DNA of 64,000 bases, taken from contig CAXIRU010000076.1 in NCBI GenBank assembly GCA_964031875.1, forward strand, positions 4,586 through 68,585. Reading direction: 5' to 3'. The notes beneath the pieces are model-generated. The model made no database searches. It was given only the letters and a program-made list of their open reading frames with translations, and had not been told where the DNA came from. Shown here in pieces: positions 62,858-64,000 of this stretch. The stretch comes from Acidovorax facilis (GTDB taxonomy: Bacteria; Pseudomonadota; Gammaproteobacteria; Burkholderiales; Burkholderiaceae_C). Within the stretch, counting starts at the first letter, position 1. Each line of letters opens with the position of its first letter. Made by a program: the position numbers and the translations under genes.

Positions 62858-64000
62858 ATGGTTCATCCTGCCCTTCCACCACGCCCCCTCTGCCCTGTGC
62901 CATCCATAGGCCGCCGCTCCTTGCTGGTGGGGCTGGCGGGCGTTGCAGCCTGTGGTGTCACGCACCACGCCAGTGCTGCACCCCCGGCCATTGCGGCCCC
63001 TGGCGCAGCCGGTGCTGGCGCGTGGGACACGGCCGACGAACGCACGGCTGCCCGCCTGCTCGACCGCGTGACCTGGGGCTGCACGGCACAGGGCACGCAG
63101 GCCCTGGGCGCCACCGGCATCAGTGCCTACCTGGCCGCACAGCTGCGCCCAGGAGCCAACACCGCGCTGCCCCGCGAGGCCCAGGCACAGATCGACGCCA
63201 TGGCCATCTCGCGCACCCCCATCGAAACGCTGGCGGCCGACATGGAAGCCCGCAACCGCGCCGCCAAGGCCCTGCCCACAGAAGACGAGCGCAAGGCCGC
63301 GCTCAAGGCCTGGCAGCAGGACATGCGCGCCCTGCAGCAGGAAGCCGCTGCACGCTTTGTGCTTCGCGCGCTGTATTCGCCCACCCAGCTGCGCGAGAAG
63401 ATGACCTGGTTCTGGATGAACCACTTCAACGTGTTTGCGGGCAAGGGCAACTTGCGTGCACTGGTGGGTGACTATGAGGAGCGCGCCGTGCGCCCCCATG
63501 CGCTGGGCCGCTTTCGCGACCTGCTGGGCGCCACGGCGCGCCACCCGGCCATGCTGCTTTACCTGGACAACGCACGCAATGCGGCGGGCCGCATCAACGA
63601 AAACTACGCCCGCGAGCTGATGGAGCTGCACACACTGGGCGTGGACGGCGGCTACCGCCAGCAGGATGTGCAGGAGCTGGCACGGGTACTGACCGGCATG
63701 GGCGTGTCGCTGCGGTCCCCCGGCGAGGAGCCCCCGCGCATGAGGCCCACACTGCGCGGCCACTACCTGCGTGATGGCCTGTTCGAGTTCGCCCCCCAGC
63801 GGCATGACTGGGAGCCCAAGACGCTGCTGGGCCAACCCCTGCGCGCCGAAGGCCTGGCCGAGGTGGACGAGGCGCTGGACCGCCTGGCCCGCGCCCCGGC
63901 CACCGCCCGATTCATCACCCGCAAGATCGCGCTCTTTCTGGTGGGCGAGAACCCGCCGCCCGCGCTGCTGCAGGCACTGGCCCACACCTTTGAGCGCACC
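62858..64000 (+). CDS. DUF1800 family protein (partial, runs off window)
   Basis: Manual translation: Tat-like GRRSLL; REKMTWFWMNHF, PAMLLYLDN, NENYARELMELHTLG. Confidence 0.85.
   Translation, partial: MVHPALPPRPLCPVPSIGRRSLLVGLAGVAACGVTHHASAAPPAIAAPGAAGAGAWDTADERTAARLLDRVTWGCTAQGTQALGATGISAYLAAQLRPGANTALPREAQAQIDAMAISRTPIETLAADMEARNRAAKALPTEDERKAALKAWQQDMRALQQEAAARFVLRALYSPTQLREKMTWFWMNHFNVFAGKGNLRALVGDYEERAVRPHALGRFRDLLGATARHPAMLLYLDNARNAAGRINENYARELMELHTLGVDGGYRQQDVQELARVLTGMGVSLRSPGEEPPRMRPTLRGHYLRDGLFEFAPQRHDWEPKTLLGQPLRAEGLAEVDEALDRLARAPATARFITRKIALFLVGENPPPALLQALAHTFERT

Overview
GC-rich betaproteobacterial chromosome segment; gene order and protein similarity suggest Comamonadaceae (Acidovorax-like). 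(1) 1-13.29 kb is the right part of an integrative, mobilizable, replicon-bearing element at the 3' end of tRNA-Ser(GCT). It carries an AlpA-type excisionase, IncW/pBBR1-like RepA with an iteron/DnaA-box origin, a candidate oriT, mobC and a MOBP-like relaxase-LPD7, plus a cargo operon of a Cys-rich repeat secreted protein, a CAP lipoprotein and DotA/TraY; several genes are disrupted. (2) 13.4-49.8 kb is core genome (tilS, MCP, accA, cysS, ppiA/B, lpxH, mdeB-like E1, arfB, aroQ, glnS, rluE) with a small defence/toxin-antitoxin hotspot after glnS and about 12 copies of a 60-70 bp repeat, several inside reading frames. (3) 49.8-58.0 kb is an integron-like locus with no intact intI. It has a LexA box, a probable decayed intI and an attI-like site, then a tyrosine recombinase + IS91-type HUH transposase unit bounded like a gene cassette, then about 9 attC-bounded cassettes, one attC hit by a 159-bp MITE. 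(4) 58-64 kb holds a DUF2242 lipoprotein, thermonuclease, a sigma28-driven proteolytic flagellin, an MFS transporter and DUF1800. All family calls come from motif recognition by eye; no searches were run.
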